Source of the DNA: Candidatus Woesearchaeota archaeon
GTDB lineage: Archaea > Nanobdellota > Nanobdellia > Woesearchaeales > GW2011-AR15
Assembly (NCBI GenBank): GCA_038874655.1
Contig: JAVZBY010000013.1
Location: forward strand, 1-21,112
Reading direction: 5' to 3'
Length of the DNA: 21,112 bases
The notes below the pieces were generated by a model. That model was not told the DNA's origin. It was given only the letters and a program-made list of their open reading frames with translations, and ran no database searches. Numbering within the stretch: the first letter of the stretch is position 1; each line of letters starts with the position of its first letter. Positions 8,440-17,889 of this stretch are shown in pieces. The position numbers and the translations under genes are program-made.

Positions 8440-10170
8440 ATGTTAGAACAAGAACTAATGAGTTTAGGAATTTTATTTTTCTTTGCAATAGTTGGAGGAG
8501 TAATTGCTTCTAAACTAAAACAACCTCCTGTATTAGGTTTGCTTTTAGTTGGTTCTTTAATAGGTCCAAACATGTTTAATTTAGTCAAAGATCACAGCAT
8601 TATAGAAATGATGGCTGAATTAGGTAGTATTTTATTATTATTTGTTATTGGGTTAGAATTTGTAATTCCAAAATTAGTGAAAATCGGTTTCAAAGCATTA
8701 ATGATAGGTATTTTAAAAATAGGTATTATATTTTTTATTATATATGAAGTATTAGTATTTATTGGAATTAATCAACAAGCAGCACTCTTAATAGGAACCA
8801 TGTTTTCTGTTTCAAGTACTGTAGTAATTGTAAAAGTATTAGAACAAAAAGGTTTGTATGAAAGAGAAGAGATGCCTTTATTAATTGGAATTTTATTAAT
8901 TGAAGATTTATTTGCTGTTGTTGTAATGACTTTTTTATCTGGTGCTAAATCAAGTAATAATATTTTTTTTGTTTTTGAGAAGCTTATTATCGCAATTACA
9001 GTATTAGTAATTGTTTATTTAGTTTTCTTAAAAATTGTTAAAATTATAATCCCAAAATTATTAAAAGAAGGAAATGATGAGTTAGTAACTTTTATTGCAT
9101 TAGGATTATGTGCAGGTTTTAGTTATTTAGCTTATGCATTAGGATTACAACCTGCAACAGGAGCATTTTTAGCAGGCAGTATTATAGCTTCATTATCTGA
9201 TGCAAAATTATTTGAGCATGCAATAAAACCCTATACTCTAACTTTCACATCTCTATTTTTTATTTCCATTGGCACAATGGTTAACTTTTCTGTTATAAAA
9301 AATAACCTTTACCTATTGATACTACTTATAATAACCATTATCATCTCAAGATTCCTTGCATTAGGCACAATGGGTTATTTATTTGCAAACTTCAAAAGAC
9401 AACAAATGATATTTTCAAGCTTAGCAATGATTTCTGTTGGCGAATTCTCACTTTTAATAGCACAAGCTGCTATGAAATTAAATTATGGTATTGATTTTGT
9501 TTCCTTATCTGCTTTTTTAATTTTCTTCACTGCACTAATTATGTCATTGACAATTGGTTATTATGAAAAAATGACTGATATCTTAGTTACAACATCTTTA
9601 AATGTTAATCATAAACCAAGAAGCTTCTCAAATTTTATAAGATTACTTTCAGAAGAAATTGATACTGACAATACACTCAGTAAATCTCTTAAAGAACTAT
9701 TTGCAAAATCTGCATTAAATTTTTTATATTTATTTGCTATAATAATTTTATTTCAAAAAACAATTCATATTCTACCTAGTTATATTTCATTTACTTTTAT
9801 TCATAAATTTATTACTTACACTATATTTTCATTAATTTTACTAATATTATTAATTTCAATTTATAAATTAAATAAACAGATGTTTAAAATATTAACTAGA
9901 ATAATATCAAATATTTATAGTGGTACTAGTGAAGAACAAAGCAAAAATATAATTAAAAATTTATTATTAGCCTTATTATTATTACTAATTACAATATTTT
10001 CTCCATTATTAATCGTTTTATTCAAATTACCAAACTGGATTAATATAATCTCATTTTTATTTTTAGTTGTAATGATAATAAGATTTGGTAGATTATTTAA
10101 TATTGTACATAACACCTCAAAACACATTTATTTTCCAAAATACAAAAAAATCAATACACTAAAATTTTAA
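8440..10170 (+). CDS. CPA2-family cation:proton antiporter (Kef/YbaL-like) with an extra C-terminal 4-TM region and no RCK domain
   Basis: PPVLGLLLVGSLIGP, ELGSILLLFVIGLE, SSTVVIVKVL, GILLIEDL, GAFLAG, FFISIG and GEFS motifs. Confidence 0.92.
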   Translation: MLEQELMSLGILFFFAIVGGVIASKLKQPPVLGLLLVGSLIGPNMFNLVKDHSIIEMMAELGSILLLFVIGLEFVIPKLVKIGFKALMIGILKIGIIFFIIYEVLVFIGINQQAALLIGTMFSVSSTVVIVKVLEQKGLYEREEMPLLIGILLIEDLFAVVVMTFLSGAKSSNNIFFVFEKLIIAITVLVIVYLVFLKIVKIIIPKLLKEGNDELVTFIALGLCAGFSYLAYALGLQPATGAFLAGSIIASLSDAKLFEHAIKPYTLTFTSLFFISIGTMVNFSVIKNNLYLLILLIITIIISRFLALGTMGYLFANFKRQQMIFSSLAMISVGEFSLLIAQAAMKLNYGIDFVSLSAFLIFFTALIMSLTIGYYEKMTDILVTTSLNVNHKPRSFSNFIRLLSEEIDTDNTLSKSLKELFAKSALNFLYLFAIIILFQKTIHILPSYISFTFIHKFITYTIFSLILLILLISIYKLNKQMFKILTRIISNIYSGTSEEQSKNIIKNLLLALLLLLITIFSPLLIVLFKLPNWINIISFLFLVVMIIRFGRLFNIVHNTSKHIYFPKYKKINTLKF

Positions 10171-10201
10171 AAGTCTCAAATAATTATTAGATTATTTTTT
10201 T

Positions 10202-10232
10202 ATAAAAAAAATTAATGAGCCTGTGAGGATTT
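10202..10232 (-). repeat. 31-bp exact direct repeat of 10360-10390 (tRNA-Arg 3' end from the T-loop plus the downstream T-tract)
   Basis: ATAAAAAAAATTAATGAGCCTGTGAGGATTT occurs at both positions, 158 bp apart. Confidence 0.95.
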
Positions 10233-10308
10233 AGGAACCAATCCTTTTTAAAAAAGCATTGATGGAAAATTCTTTTTACTCCGTAAAAAGGTTTTGCTAA
10301 CGCAAAAC
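10233..10308 (-). other. Cassette of three adjacent hairpins abutting the duplicated tRNA 3' end
   Basis: On the minus strand: GTTTTGC-GTTA-GCAAAAC; CTTTTTAC-GGA-GTAAAAAG; ATCAATGCTTTT..AAAAGGATTGGT. Confidence 0.7.
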
Positions 10309-10373
10309 AATAACACCTTAAAAGAAAAATAAAACAGAAAGATAAAAAGCAAAAGAAAAATAAAAAAAATTAA

Positions 10374-10488
10374 TGAGCCTGTGAGGATTTGAACCCCAAC
10401 TAATCGGTTACTTGCTTGTGTTTTTGCTCAAAGAATCATTGCTAACACAAACCGAAGCCGATTGTGCTGTCCATTACACCACAGGCCC
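10374..10488 (-). tRNA. tRNA-Arg(UCG) with a 43-nt intron at position 37/38 (10409-10451); CCA not encoded
   Basis: Acceptor stem GGGCCUG/CAGGCUC with A73; D-arm GUGU..GCAC with A20; anticodon stem AUCGG/CCGAU with loop CU-UCG-G^A; T-arm UGGGG-UUCAAAU-CCUCA; intron stem UUGUGUU/AACACAA. Confidence 0.93.
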
Positions 10489-10541
10489 AATTCACATAAA
10501 GAATATCTTATATATTAAATTTATCCATTAAATCATTTACA

Positions 10542-11633
10542 TTATCTAATATGCAACTCAACTATATCTTCATCACATAAAGAATGTTCCAAATTAGTAA
10601 TTTTTTGTCCTTCATACTTAACAGATTTGCCCCAGATTCTTGCAAACCTGAATTTATTTACAAAATCCTTATGTAATTTTAAACATACATGCCTTAAAGT
10701 ATGTGGCTTTTTCAAGATTAATGGCTCATTTAAATCTGCCTCTTTTCTTGGCTCTTTTAAATAAATCCTATAAAAGTCCAATTTTTCAAAAATTTTTTTT
10801 TTAAGTTCATCTAAGTTTTCCTTTTTATTTGCAGAAATAAAAACAGCATCCTTATATTGCTCTCTTAAATAATTAATATATTCTTCTGAAACTGTATCTA
10901 TTTTATTTATAACTAACAAACCAGGCATATACTTTTTATTACCTTCTATAACATCAATTAATTGATCTTGATTAATAGGACTTCTGATTAAAACATCTGC
11001 ATTAATTATTTTAAATTCATTTAATATTCCTTTTATTGTTTCTTTTGGTATTTCTAAAGGAACTGTTGAACTAATAGAAATTCCACCTTTTGCTGTTTTT
11101 CTTATTACTACATTAGGCTTCTCTTGATTTAGTCTTATTCCAGTTTTATTTAATTCATTCATTATTATAGGATAATGATTTAATTGATTTACATCTAAAA
11201 GGATTAATGCCATATCTGCGCTTCTTGCAGCAGACAAAACCTCTTTTCCTCTGCCAGTGCCATCTGCTGCTCCTTGAATTATGCCAGGAACATCTAAGAT
11301 TTGAATTTTTGCATGATTGTATTCTAACAATCCAGGGATAACAGATAATGTTGTGAATTCATAAGCAGCCACCTTGGAATTAGCATTTGTTAATGCATTT
11401 AACAAAGTAGATTTACCAACAGATGGAAAGCCTACTAAAACAACAGTAGCATCACCTGATTTTTGTATAACATATCCTTCTTGTTTTCCTTTGCTTTTTT
11501 TTGCTGCTTCAATTTCCTCTCTAAGTTTTGCTATTCTTGCTTTTAATAAACCAATATGATGTTGAGTTGCCTTATTATATTGAGTTTTAGCTATTTCTTC
11601 CTCTAACTGCTTTATTCTCTCTTGCTTATTCAT
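10542..11633 (-). CDS. DRG/Rbg-family OBG GTPase with C-terminal TGS domain
   Basis: TQYNKATQHHIGLLKARIAKL, GFPSVGKS, YEFTT, DVPG, NKID, ISA and ARIWGKS; ATG at 11633 is probably leaderless. Confidence 0.95.
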   Translation of the reverse strand: MNKQERIKQLEEEIAKTQYNKATQHHIGLLKARIAKLREEIEAAKKSKGKQEGYVIQKSGDATVVLVGFPSVGKSTLLNALTNANSKVAAYEFTTLSVIPGLLEYNHAKIQILDVPGIIQGAADGTGRGKEVLSAARSADMALILLDVNQLNHYPIIMNELNKTGIRLNQEKPNVVIRKTAKGGISISSTVPLEIPKETIKGILNEFKIINADVLIRSPINQDQLIDVIEGNKKYMPGLLVINKIDTVSEEYINYLREQYKDAVFISANKKENLDELKKKIFEKLDFYRIYLKEPRKEADLNEPLILKKPHTLRHVCLKLHKDFVNKFRFARIWGKSVKYEGQKITNLEHSLCDEDIVELHIR

Positions 11634-11740
11634 CAAACTATTGGATTAGAATAAGATATAAAAAATTTATCATATAAATATTATGGAGAATACAAAAAAT
11701 TGAAATTATCAATAGAAAATATTCTTGTAAAAAACTAACC

Positions 11741-11911
11741 TTATTTTTTTGTTATAAAAATATAAATCCCATAAATCAATAAAGCAACTGCAATTAAATT
11801 ACCTATTATAAAAAAAATACTTCCGAATTTTGTTTTCAGAAGAAAATTAGTAAAAACTATTGCACCTAAAAATACTAGTCCTAATCCCATAAAATCCCAA
11901 TTTTGTGCCAT
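11741..11911 (-). CDS. Small 2-TM membrane protein (56 aa, missing from the ORF track)
   Basis: MAQNWDFMGLGLVFLGAIVFTNFLLKTKFGSIFFIIGNLIAVALLIYGIYIFITKK; BRE/TATA GAAAACTTTTATAAA ends 22 nt upstream of the ATG. Confidence 0.72.
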   Translation of the reverse strand: MAQNWDFMGLGLVFLGAIVFTNFLLKTKFGSIFFIIGNLIAVALLIYGIYIFITKK

Positions 11912-11977
11912 ATAAAAAAATTATTAAAACAAATTTATAAAAGTTTTCAATTGATAAAACAAATTTAAGAATGAAAC

Positions 11978-13336
11978 TTAATATCTACCTCTTGAGAATA
12001 TTATAGAGGGTATTGTTTTCAAAATAATTTGTATGTCCAAAAGCAAAGACATATGTTTTATATAATAAATATCATACATTACAGCTTTATCAAAATTAAC
12101 TTCATGCCTGCCATTTACTTGCCATAATCCCGTTAATCCTGGTTGAACTTGGAATCTTGCTCTTCTCCAACCAGAAAAAAACTTTAATTCTGATTCTAGA
12201 TGTGGTCTAGGCCCAACTATAGACATATCTCCTTTAAAAATATTAATTAATTGTGGTAATTCATCCAAACAAGTTCTTCTTAAAATATTACCAAACCAAG
12301 TTACTCTTGGATCATGTTTCATTTTAAATAATCCTTCAACTTCATTTTTTAGTTTTGGTTTTAATTTATCTGCATTTACTACCATTGACCTAAATTTTAT
12401 TAATTTAAAAGGTTTCAAATTTTTTCCTAATCTTTCCTGCATATAAAAAATTGGGCCTGGCATTGTCAATTTAATCATAATAGCTATTATTAAAAATAAA
12501 GGACTTAATAATATTAATGCTATGCCTGATAAAACAATATCTATTATTCTTTTCAAAAATAAATAATTATTATATTTAGGATCAATACCACTGACATTAA
12601 TGATTGGATAATCTTTAAATTCATCAAAATTAATTTTATCCATTATTACATTAAAAGCACTTGGAATAATTTTCCAATGAATTGACATATTTTCAATAAT
12701 TAGTTTCATTAATTCTTCATTCAAATTATCTACATTAACAAAAACCACATCTACTTCATCTAAATTTTTTTTCAACTCTGCAATATCATCTGTAAAACCT
12801 ATTATTTTATAACCCAACCCTGGATTTTCCTCAATCTTTTTTATTAATTCATCTAAATCTTTTCCATAAAAAAACACATTTCTTGTATCATAACCTCTTC
12901 TTCTAAAATGCAAAATAACTCTTGAAAGCAAATATCTGAAAAGTGTGGTTAAAAAAACAGAAACAATAAAACCAATTACAACAATAAACAATAAATCACC
13001 TAAATTAAACAAAATAATCAATGATACTGAAACAAAAAAAGTAATTATATGGGAATAAAGCAAACTCATAAACTCATTATCATCAAACAAATTTCTTTTT
13101 TCACCATATAAATTAAAAGCACTATAATTCATTATCAAAATTAGAAGCATAAAAAAAACCAATCTTAAAAAGAAATCAAAAACAGTTTGATCTTTAGAAG
13201 TTAAATAAAAAGTTATTATAAAAGAAATTACAAAAGAGAATACATCTGAGAAATATAAAAGCAAAAAATAAAAGGGTTTTTTCCCATAAAAAAAATCCGT
13301 AAATCTTTCCTTAATTTTTGATTTAATTGTCTTCAT
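11978..13336 (-). CDS. Polyprenyl-phosphate sugar phosphotransferase (WcaJ/WbaP-like large monotopic PGT, Bac_transf family)
   Basis: N-terminal TM helices and Rossmann-like region, then KRIIDI, KFRSM, DPRVT, DELPQ, GDMSIVGPRP and PGLTGLWQV. Confidence 0.93.
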   Translation of the reverse strand: MKTIKSKIKERFTDFFYGKKPFYFLLLYFSDVFSFVISFIITFYLTSKDQTVFDFFLRLVFFMLLILIMNYSAFNLYGEKRNLFDDNEFMSLLYSHIITFFVSVSLIILFNLGDLLFIVVIGFIVSVFLTTLFRYLLSRVILHFRRRGYDTRNVFFYGKDLDELIKKIEENPGLGYKIIGFTDDIAELKKNLDEVDVVFVNVDNLNEELMKLIIENMSIHWKIIPSAFNVIMDKINFDEFKDYPIINVSGIDPKYNNYLFLKRIIDIVLSGIALILLSPLFLIIAIMIKLTMPGPIFYMQERLGKNLKPFKLIKFRSMVVNADKLKPKLKNEVEGLFKMKHDPRVTWFGNILRRTCLDELPQLINIFKGDMSIVGPRPHLESELKFFSGWRRARFQVQPGLTGLWQVNGRHEVNFDKAVMYDIYYIKHMSLLLDIQIILKTIPSIIFSRGRY

Positions 13337-13399
13337 TTTTATATCATCATAATAGCCTTTTAATATATATTATTCTAATTTTATTCAATTTAAAAGGTT

Positions 13400-14344
13400 T
13401 TAATTTTTATAAATAATTTTTCTTACAACAGCAAAAAATCCAATAAAGTAAATTATAAATAAAATCCAACCTGCATGCGTATGAAATAAACCAACTGCTA
13501 ATTTTGGACTTATTTTTAAACCAACATATACCAAAAGTAAGATTCTTATATTATTTACTACAAAGGTCCCAATTAAACCAATAACAAAGGTTATCAAATA
13601 AGGAATTATTTTTATTCTTTTATAATCCATAGCAAAAATAACCAAATAAAGTGCAAAAAATAACATTAAAGATTCTATTCCTGAACAAGCTGCTCCTATT
13701 CCAACGGTAAAATTATCTACTGTTAATAATATACCTTTAACACTTACTGGATAAAACTTTGAGAATACAAAAACCAAGAAATTCATAACAAATCCTGAAA
13801 AAAAGAGCCATTGTGATTGGAAATACATTAATAAAAAATAAAAAATAACTGCCAATACTCCGCTTATTAATAATTCCTTCTTAAAGTGATTAAAAAAATG
13901 TAATGTATAATCTTTTTGAAATACAGCAAGTATTAATGAGATAAATGAAAAAAACAACAACAAGAACTTTCCTAGTATAATCAACAACAAAGGAAATCCA
14001 TATTTAATATAATAATAATTGGTTAAATATCTTAATCCATAATAAAATGCAACAAACAAAATAGAAAGTGAAAAATATAAAATTGATTGTTTCCAATTTA
14101 TTTTATGATGTGTCAATTTTGAAATTTTTTCTCTTAAATAAACAACAAACAAAACACCAATTAAAGCTATTACTTTCATTGCATCTCCTTTACTAAAAAC
14201 TCTATTAAACTCTTGTTCATAGAACATGCGCAATCTAAAATATTCTACTGGTGTTTGAAAAATTGCTCTCACTAAAAACAACAAAAAAACAAAAATTACA
14301 AATTTTATCAAAAATTTTTTTAAATTATCATCAAACTTTAACAT
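13400..14344 (-). CDS. Exosortase/archaeosortase family protein
   Basis: Multi-TM protein with the Cys-Arg-His triad: ACSGIES, VNNIRI, LFHTHAG. Confidence 0.88.
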   Translation of the reverse strand: MLKFDDNLKKFLIKFVIFVFLLFLVRAIFQTPVEYFRLRMFYEQEFNRVFSKGDAMKVIALIGVLFVVYLREKISKLTHHKINWKQSILYFSLSILFVAFYYGLRYLTNYYYIKYGFPLLLIILGKFLLLFFSFISLILAVFQKDYTLHFFNHFKKELLISGVLAVIFYFLLMYFQSQWLFFSGFVMNFLVFVFSKFYPVSVKGILLTVDNFTVGIGAACSGIESLMLFFALYLVIFAMDYKRIKIIPYLITFVIGLIGTFVVNNIRILLLVYVGLKISPKLAVGLFHTHAGWILFIIYFIGFFAVVRKIIYKN

Positions 14345-14373
14345 ATTCTCACTTGCTTCTAGTTTAAAGAGTT

Positions 14374-15474
14374 TTATATTTTTAATAAACTTTCATAAAT
14401 TTCAATATATTTTTTTGCTATATCTTTCCAATTATAGGTTTTATAAACATAATTTTTTGCTTTTTCTGCTTTCTTTTTAACAAGATTATAATTTTTTAAC
14501 ATATATATAAGATTATCTTTTAAAGATTCAGTATCCATATATTTAAAATAATTTATAAAATCTTTTCCTGTCTCTTGGTTAGATTTTATATTACTAGCTA
14601 AAACAGGCAAGCCATAAGACATAGCTTCTAATAAAACAATAGGCATTCCTTCCATAGTTGAAGGTAAAACAAAAATAGATGCATTAGAAAATGCTTCTTG
14701 TTTATCTTCATTAAACAATGCTCCTGTAAAAACAATTCTTTTATCATTATCAGACATATCTTTTATTTTTTTAAAATATGTTTCTGTATGTATAGCATCA
14801 CCTACAATAACCAATTGTTTATCAGTTTTAATTTTTTTAAATGCTTCAATTAAATAATGTAATCCTTTTTCTGGAACAATTCTACTTAAAAATAAGATAT
14901 AACCTTTCTTTAATCCAAATCTCTTTAATCTATTTAAAGGCATTTTTTCATAAAAATTTACACCATTTGGAACATAATAAATATCTTTTTTATATCTATC
15001 ATAATAATGCTCTTTTATGTTTTCAGAAACACTTACAACAGCATTTGGAAATTTCAAAGATAATTTTTCATTTAATTTCAAAAAATTTTTTGCAAGAGAG
15101 CCCCACTTTTCTCGTTCATAATCCAAACCATGTAATGTGAGTAATGTCTTTTTTCCAGTTATTCTTGGTAAAAAAGTAAAGATTGCATTACCCATTGCAT
15201 GATAATGTACAATATCATAATTAGAAAACATTGCATTTAAAGAACTTATAAAAGTATGGAATATTGTCTCTGTATGCTTTGTGTTTATTGTAGGAAAATA
15301 TTTTAGTTTAACACCTTTAAAATCTTTTATTTTATTAGGACAATATTGGCTTCTACAATAAACACTAACTTCATTTCCTAAATTAACTAACTCTAAAGAT
15401 AAATTTTCTACAACATTTTCAACTCCACCATAAGTAGCTGGAATCCCTCTTAAACCAATCATTGCAATTTTCAT
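14374..15474 (-). CDS. GT4 glycosyltransferase
   Basis: GLRGIPATYGGVE, SRIVPEKG, EGMPIVLLEAMSYG. Confidence 0.93.
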   Translation of the reverse strand: MKIAMIGLRGIPATYGGVENVVENLSLELVNLGNEVSVYCRSQYCPNKIKDFKGVKLKYFPTINTKHTETIFHTFISSLNAMFSNYDIVHYHAMGNAIFTFLPRITGKKTLLTLHGLDYEREKWGSLAKNFLKLNEKLSLKFPNAVVSVSENIKEHYYDRYKKDIYYVPNGVNFYEKMPLNRLKRFGLKKGYILFLSRIVPEKGLHYLIEAFKKIKTDKQLVIVGDAIHTETYFKKIKDMSDNDKRIVFTGALFNEDKQEAFSNASIFVLPSTMEGMPIVLLEAMSYGLPVLASNIKSNQETGKDFINYFKYMDTESLKDNLIYMLKNYNLVKKKAEKAKNYVYKTYNWKDIAKKYIEIYESLLKI

Positions 15475-15563
15475 AATATATTAAAGTAATTCTTGATTTA
15501 TATTATTTTTGTATTTTTTGAATAGAAAAATTTTATAAATAAAAAAAATAATATTCTTTTATT

Positions 15564-16799
15564 TTGAAAAAAGCAATCGTATTATCTGCTGGACCTTTAT
15601 CATTAGGTATTGTAAGAAGCTTAGGAATTAAAGGTATAAAATCAATAGTTATTTATGAAAATAAATATGATGTTGCCCAATTTAGTAAGTATTGCATTGA
15701 AAAAATAAAAATAAATAACTACTTAAATAAAAAAGAAATTTTTGATATTTTAATTAAAAACAAAGATAAATGGCTAAATTCTTTAATAATTCCCGGCTCT
15801 GATGAAACTTTAATCTGTGTTTCTTATTACAAAAAAGAATTGGAAAAATACTATAAATTAAATGTGTCTGATTATAATATAGTAAAACAACTTATAAATA
15901 AAGAGTTAATGTATAAAATTGCTACAAAAGCAAAAATACCAATCCCAAAAACAATATTCCCAAAATCAATAGAAGATGTAAAAAAAGAATATAAAAATAA
16001 AAAAATTAATTTTCCGTGTATATTAAAGCCAAGAGAGAGGCATCTTTTTTATAAAATATTTAAGACAAAATTATTTATTATAAAAAATTATAATGAACTG
16101 ATTCTAAAGTATAAATTGTGTGAAAAAAATAAATTAAAAATGATGATAACAGAATTAATCCCTGGAAATGATGAAAATTTAGTAAGTTTTGTGTGTTATG
16201 TCAAAGATGGAAAAATAACAAATGAATTTCAATTTCATAAAATTAGACAAACACCTGCTTTTTTTGGTGTTGCAAGAGTATGCGTTTCTTCAAATGAGGA
16301 AAAATTAAAAATATTTGTTAAAAACTTTTTAAAAGAGATTAACTTTTCAGGGAATTGTGCTTTTGAATTCAAATATGATGAAAGAGATAAAAAATACAAA
16401 TTTATTGAAGTTAATGGCAGAATAATTTTAAATGTTGCTTTATCAACAAAATGCGGAATTAATTATCCTTACATTTTATATGAAGATGTTATTAATAATA
16501 ATTTTATTGAGATAAATGATTTTGAAAAAGGAATTTATTGGATTAATTTATATGCTGATTTAAAAGAAAGTCTATTTAATCAAAGACCAACATTAAAAGA
16601 ATTTTTCAAACCATATTTTTCAAAAAATGTTTTTGCTTATGAATCTTTTTCAGATCCTTTGCCTATGATTTTGCATTGGAAGAATAATCTTTTTAATATT
16701 TTTGCTAATCTTTTTTCTTATATTTCTCTTCCTTTTAAAGCTAAAAAAAACAAAAACAAAGAAGGCTTTAAATCTTTAAAGTCTAAGTCATCAAAATAG
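15564..16799 (+). CDS. ATP-grasp carboxylate-amine ligase (D-aspartate ligase-like), TTG start
   Basis: GIVRSLG, IPIPKT, FPCILKP, ELIPGND, FEFKYDERD, FIEVNGR, DPLP; TATA at 15532-15539. Confidence 0.85.
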   Translation: MKKAIVLSAGPLSLGIVRSLGIKGIKSIVIYENKYDVAQFSKYCIEKIKINNYLNKKEIFDILIKNKDKWLNSLIIPGSDETLICVSYYKKELEKYYKLNVSDYNIVKQLINKELMYKIATKAKIPIPKTIFPKSIEDVKKEYKNKKINFPCILKPRERHLFYKIFKTKLFIIKNYNELILKYKLCEKNKLKMMITELIPGNDENLVSFVCYVKDGKITNEFQFHKIRQTPAFFGVARVCVSSNEEKLKIFVKNFLKEINFSGNCAFEFKYDERDKKYKFIEVNGRIILNVALSTKCGINYPYILYEDVINNNFIEINDFEKGIYWINLYADLKESLFNQRPTLKEFFKPYFSKNVFAYESFSDPLPMILHWKNNLFNIFANLFSYISLPFKAKKNKNKEGFKSLKSKSSK

Positions 16800-17857
16800 C
16801 TTTTTTGAAAGAATTCTTTTATAGGGTATTTGTATTTTTCATATTGTTTTTTATTTAATAAATATTTTAAGTTTGATTTTAGGAAAACCAAAATATCAGA
16901 AAATAACACTCTTGCTATAATGTTTTCTTTATAGTTTTTTGGAATTATTGCTTTTTCATCAACTAAGTAATAAGGAAAATCCAATCCTGAATTAATTGCC
17001 AAACTTACTGAAAGCCATAACCTTGGATTCATTTCAATAAAATAATTTTCTCCTGTGCTTGTTTTTATAATATCAAAATGCCCTATGTAATTCCATTTTA
17101 AAACTTTTAAAATTTTTTTTACATCATTTTCAATGCTTTTATCAATAATACTTTTTCTTGAAGTACTTGTTCCATAATTTACATGAAATTCTCTAACACT
17201 TATGTAATTAAAAATAATTTTACTTTTTCCATTAATAGAAAAACTTGCACTGCCATAATTTTGTCCATAAACAAATTCTTGAACAATGTATTTATTTAAG
17301 ATATTTTTTTCTTCAAATTCTTTGTAATATTTTTCTAATTCGTTTTTATTCTTTGCAATTTTTAATCTTTCTGAGCCAGCACCTTTTCTCTCTTTTAAGA
17401 CAACTGGAAAATTAAAATCAAATTTTTTTTCTAATGCTAAAAGTGTTTTTGGAACATTGACTTTTGCCTTTTTACAAATTAAATAAAAATCATATTTATC
17501 TCTTGCTTTGTCAAATTTTTCAAAACTATCAAAAGGAATTTTTACATTAATGCCTTGTTTTTTTAAATCTTCAAATTTTTTTCTATTTTCCAAAACAATT
17601 GCTAACTCTGGAGGATTTACTGGTATAAAAATATCAATATTGTTTTTTATTATATAATTAATATGATCTTGCAAAAATCTTTCTTTATCAACTCCTTGAT
17701 TTACAGTTCTTAGTTTTCCTTTACAATATTTAGAAAAAAAAGAACAAGCATACCATTTATCAGATGAAACATGAACCTCATAATTATATTTAGCTAAATT
17801 CCTTAAAGTTGTTAATGTTTTTAAATTTTCTCCATTTGTTAGCAAAACTTTTTGCAT
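16718..17857 (-). CDS. ATP-grasp domain ligase
   Basis: DKY, VPKT, FPVVLK..GAGS, IVQEFVYG, FIEMNPRLW, SGLDFP. Confidence 0.87.
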   Translation of the reverse strand: MQKVLLTNGENLKTLTTLRNLAKYNYEVHVSSDKWYACSFFSKYCKGKLRTVNQGVDKERFLQDHINYIIKNNIDIFIPVNPPELAIVLENRKKFEDLKKQGINVKIPFDSFEKFDKARDKYDFYLICKKAKVNVPKTLLALEKKFDFNFPVVLKERKGAGSERLKIAKNKNELEKYYKEFEEKNILNKYIVQEFVYGQNYGSASFSINGKSKIIFNYISVREFHVNYGTSTSRKSIIDKSIENDVKKILKVLKWNYIGHFDIIKTSTGENYFIEMNPRLWLSVSLAINSGLDFPYYLVDEKAIIPKNYKENIIARVLFSDILVFLKSNLKYLLNKKQYEKYKYPIKEFFQKSYFDDLDFKDLKPSLFLFFLALKGREI

Positions 17858-17889
17858 TTTATTACATATTATTTTTTATTATATCTAAA

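Noticed and set aside
10202-10390. Possible CRISPR mini-array or intact provirus attachment pair
   Set aside because: Only two repeats, both tRNA-derived, with a 127-bp interval; no cas or integrase gene in the window
11741-11911. Small protein as an exosortase substrate
   Set aside because: Ends in TM plus KK but has no PEP/PGF/PEF-like motif before the helix and no ectodomain
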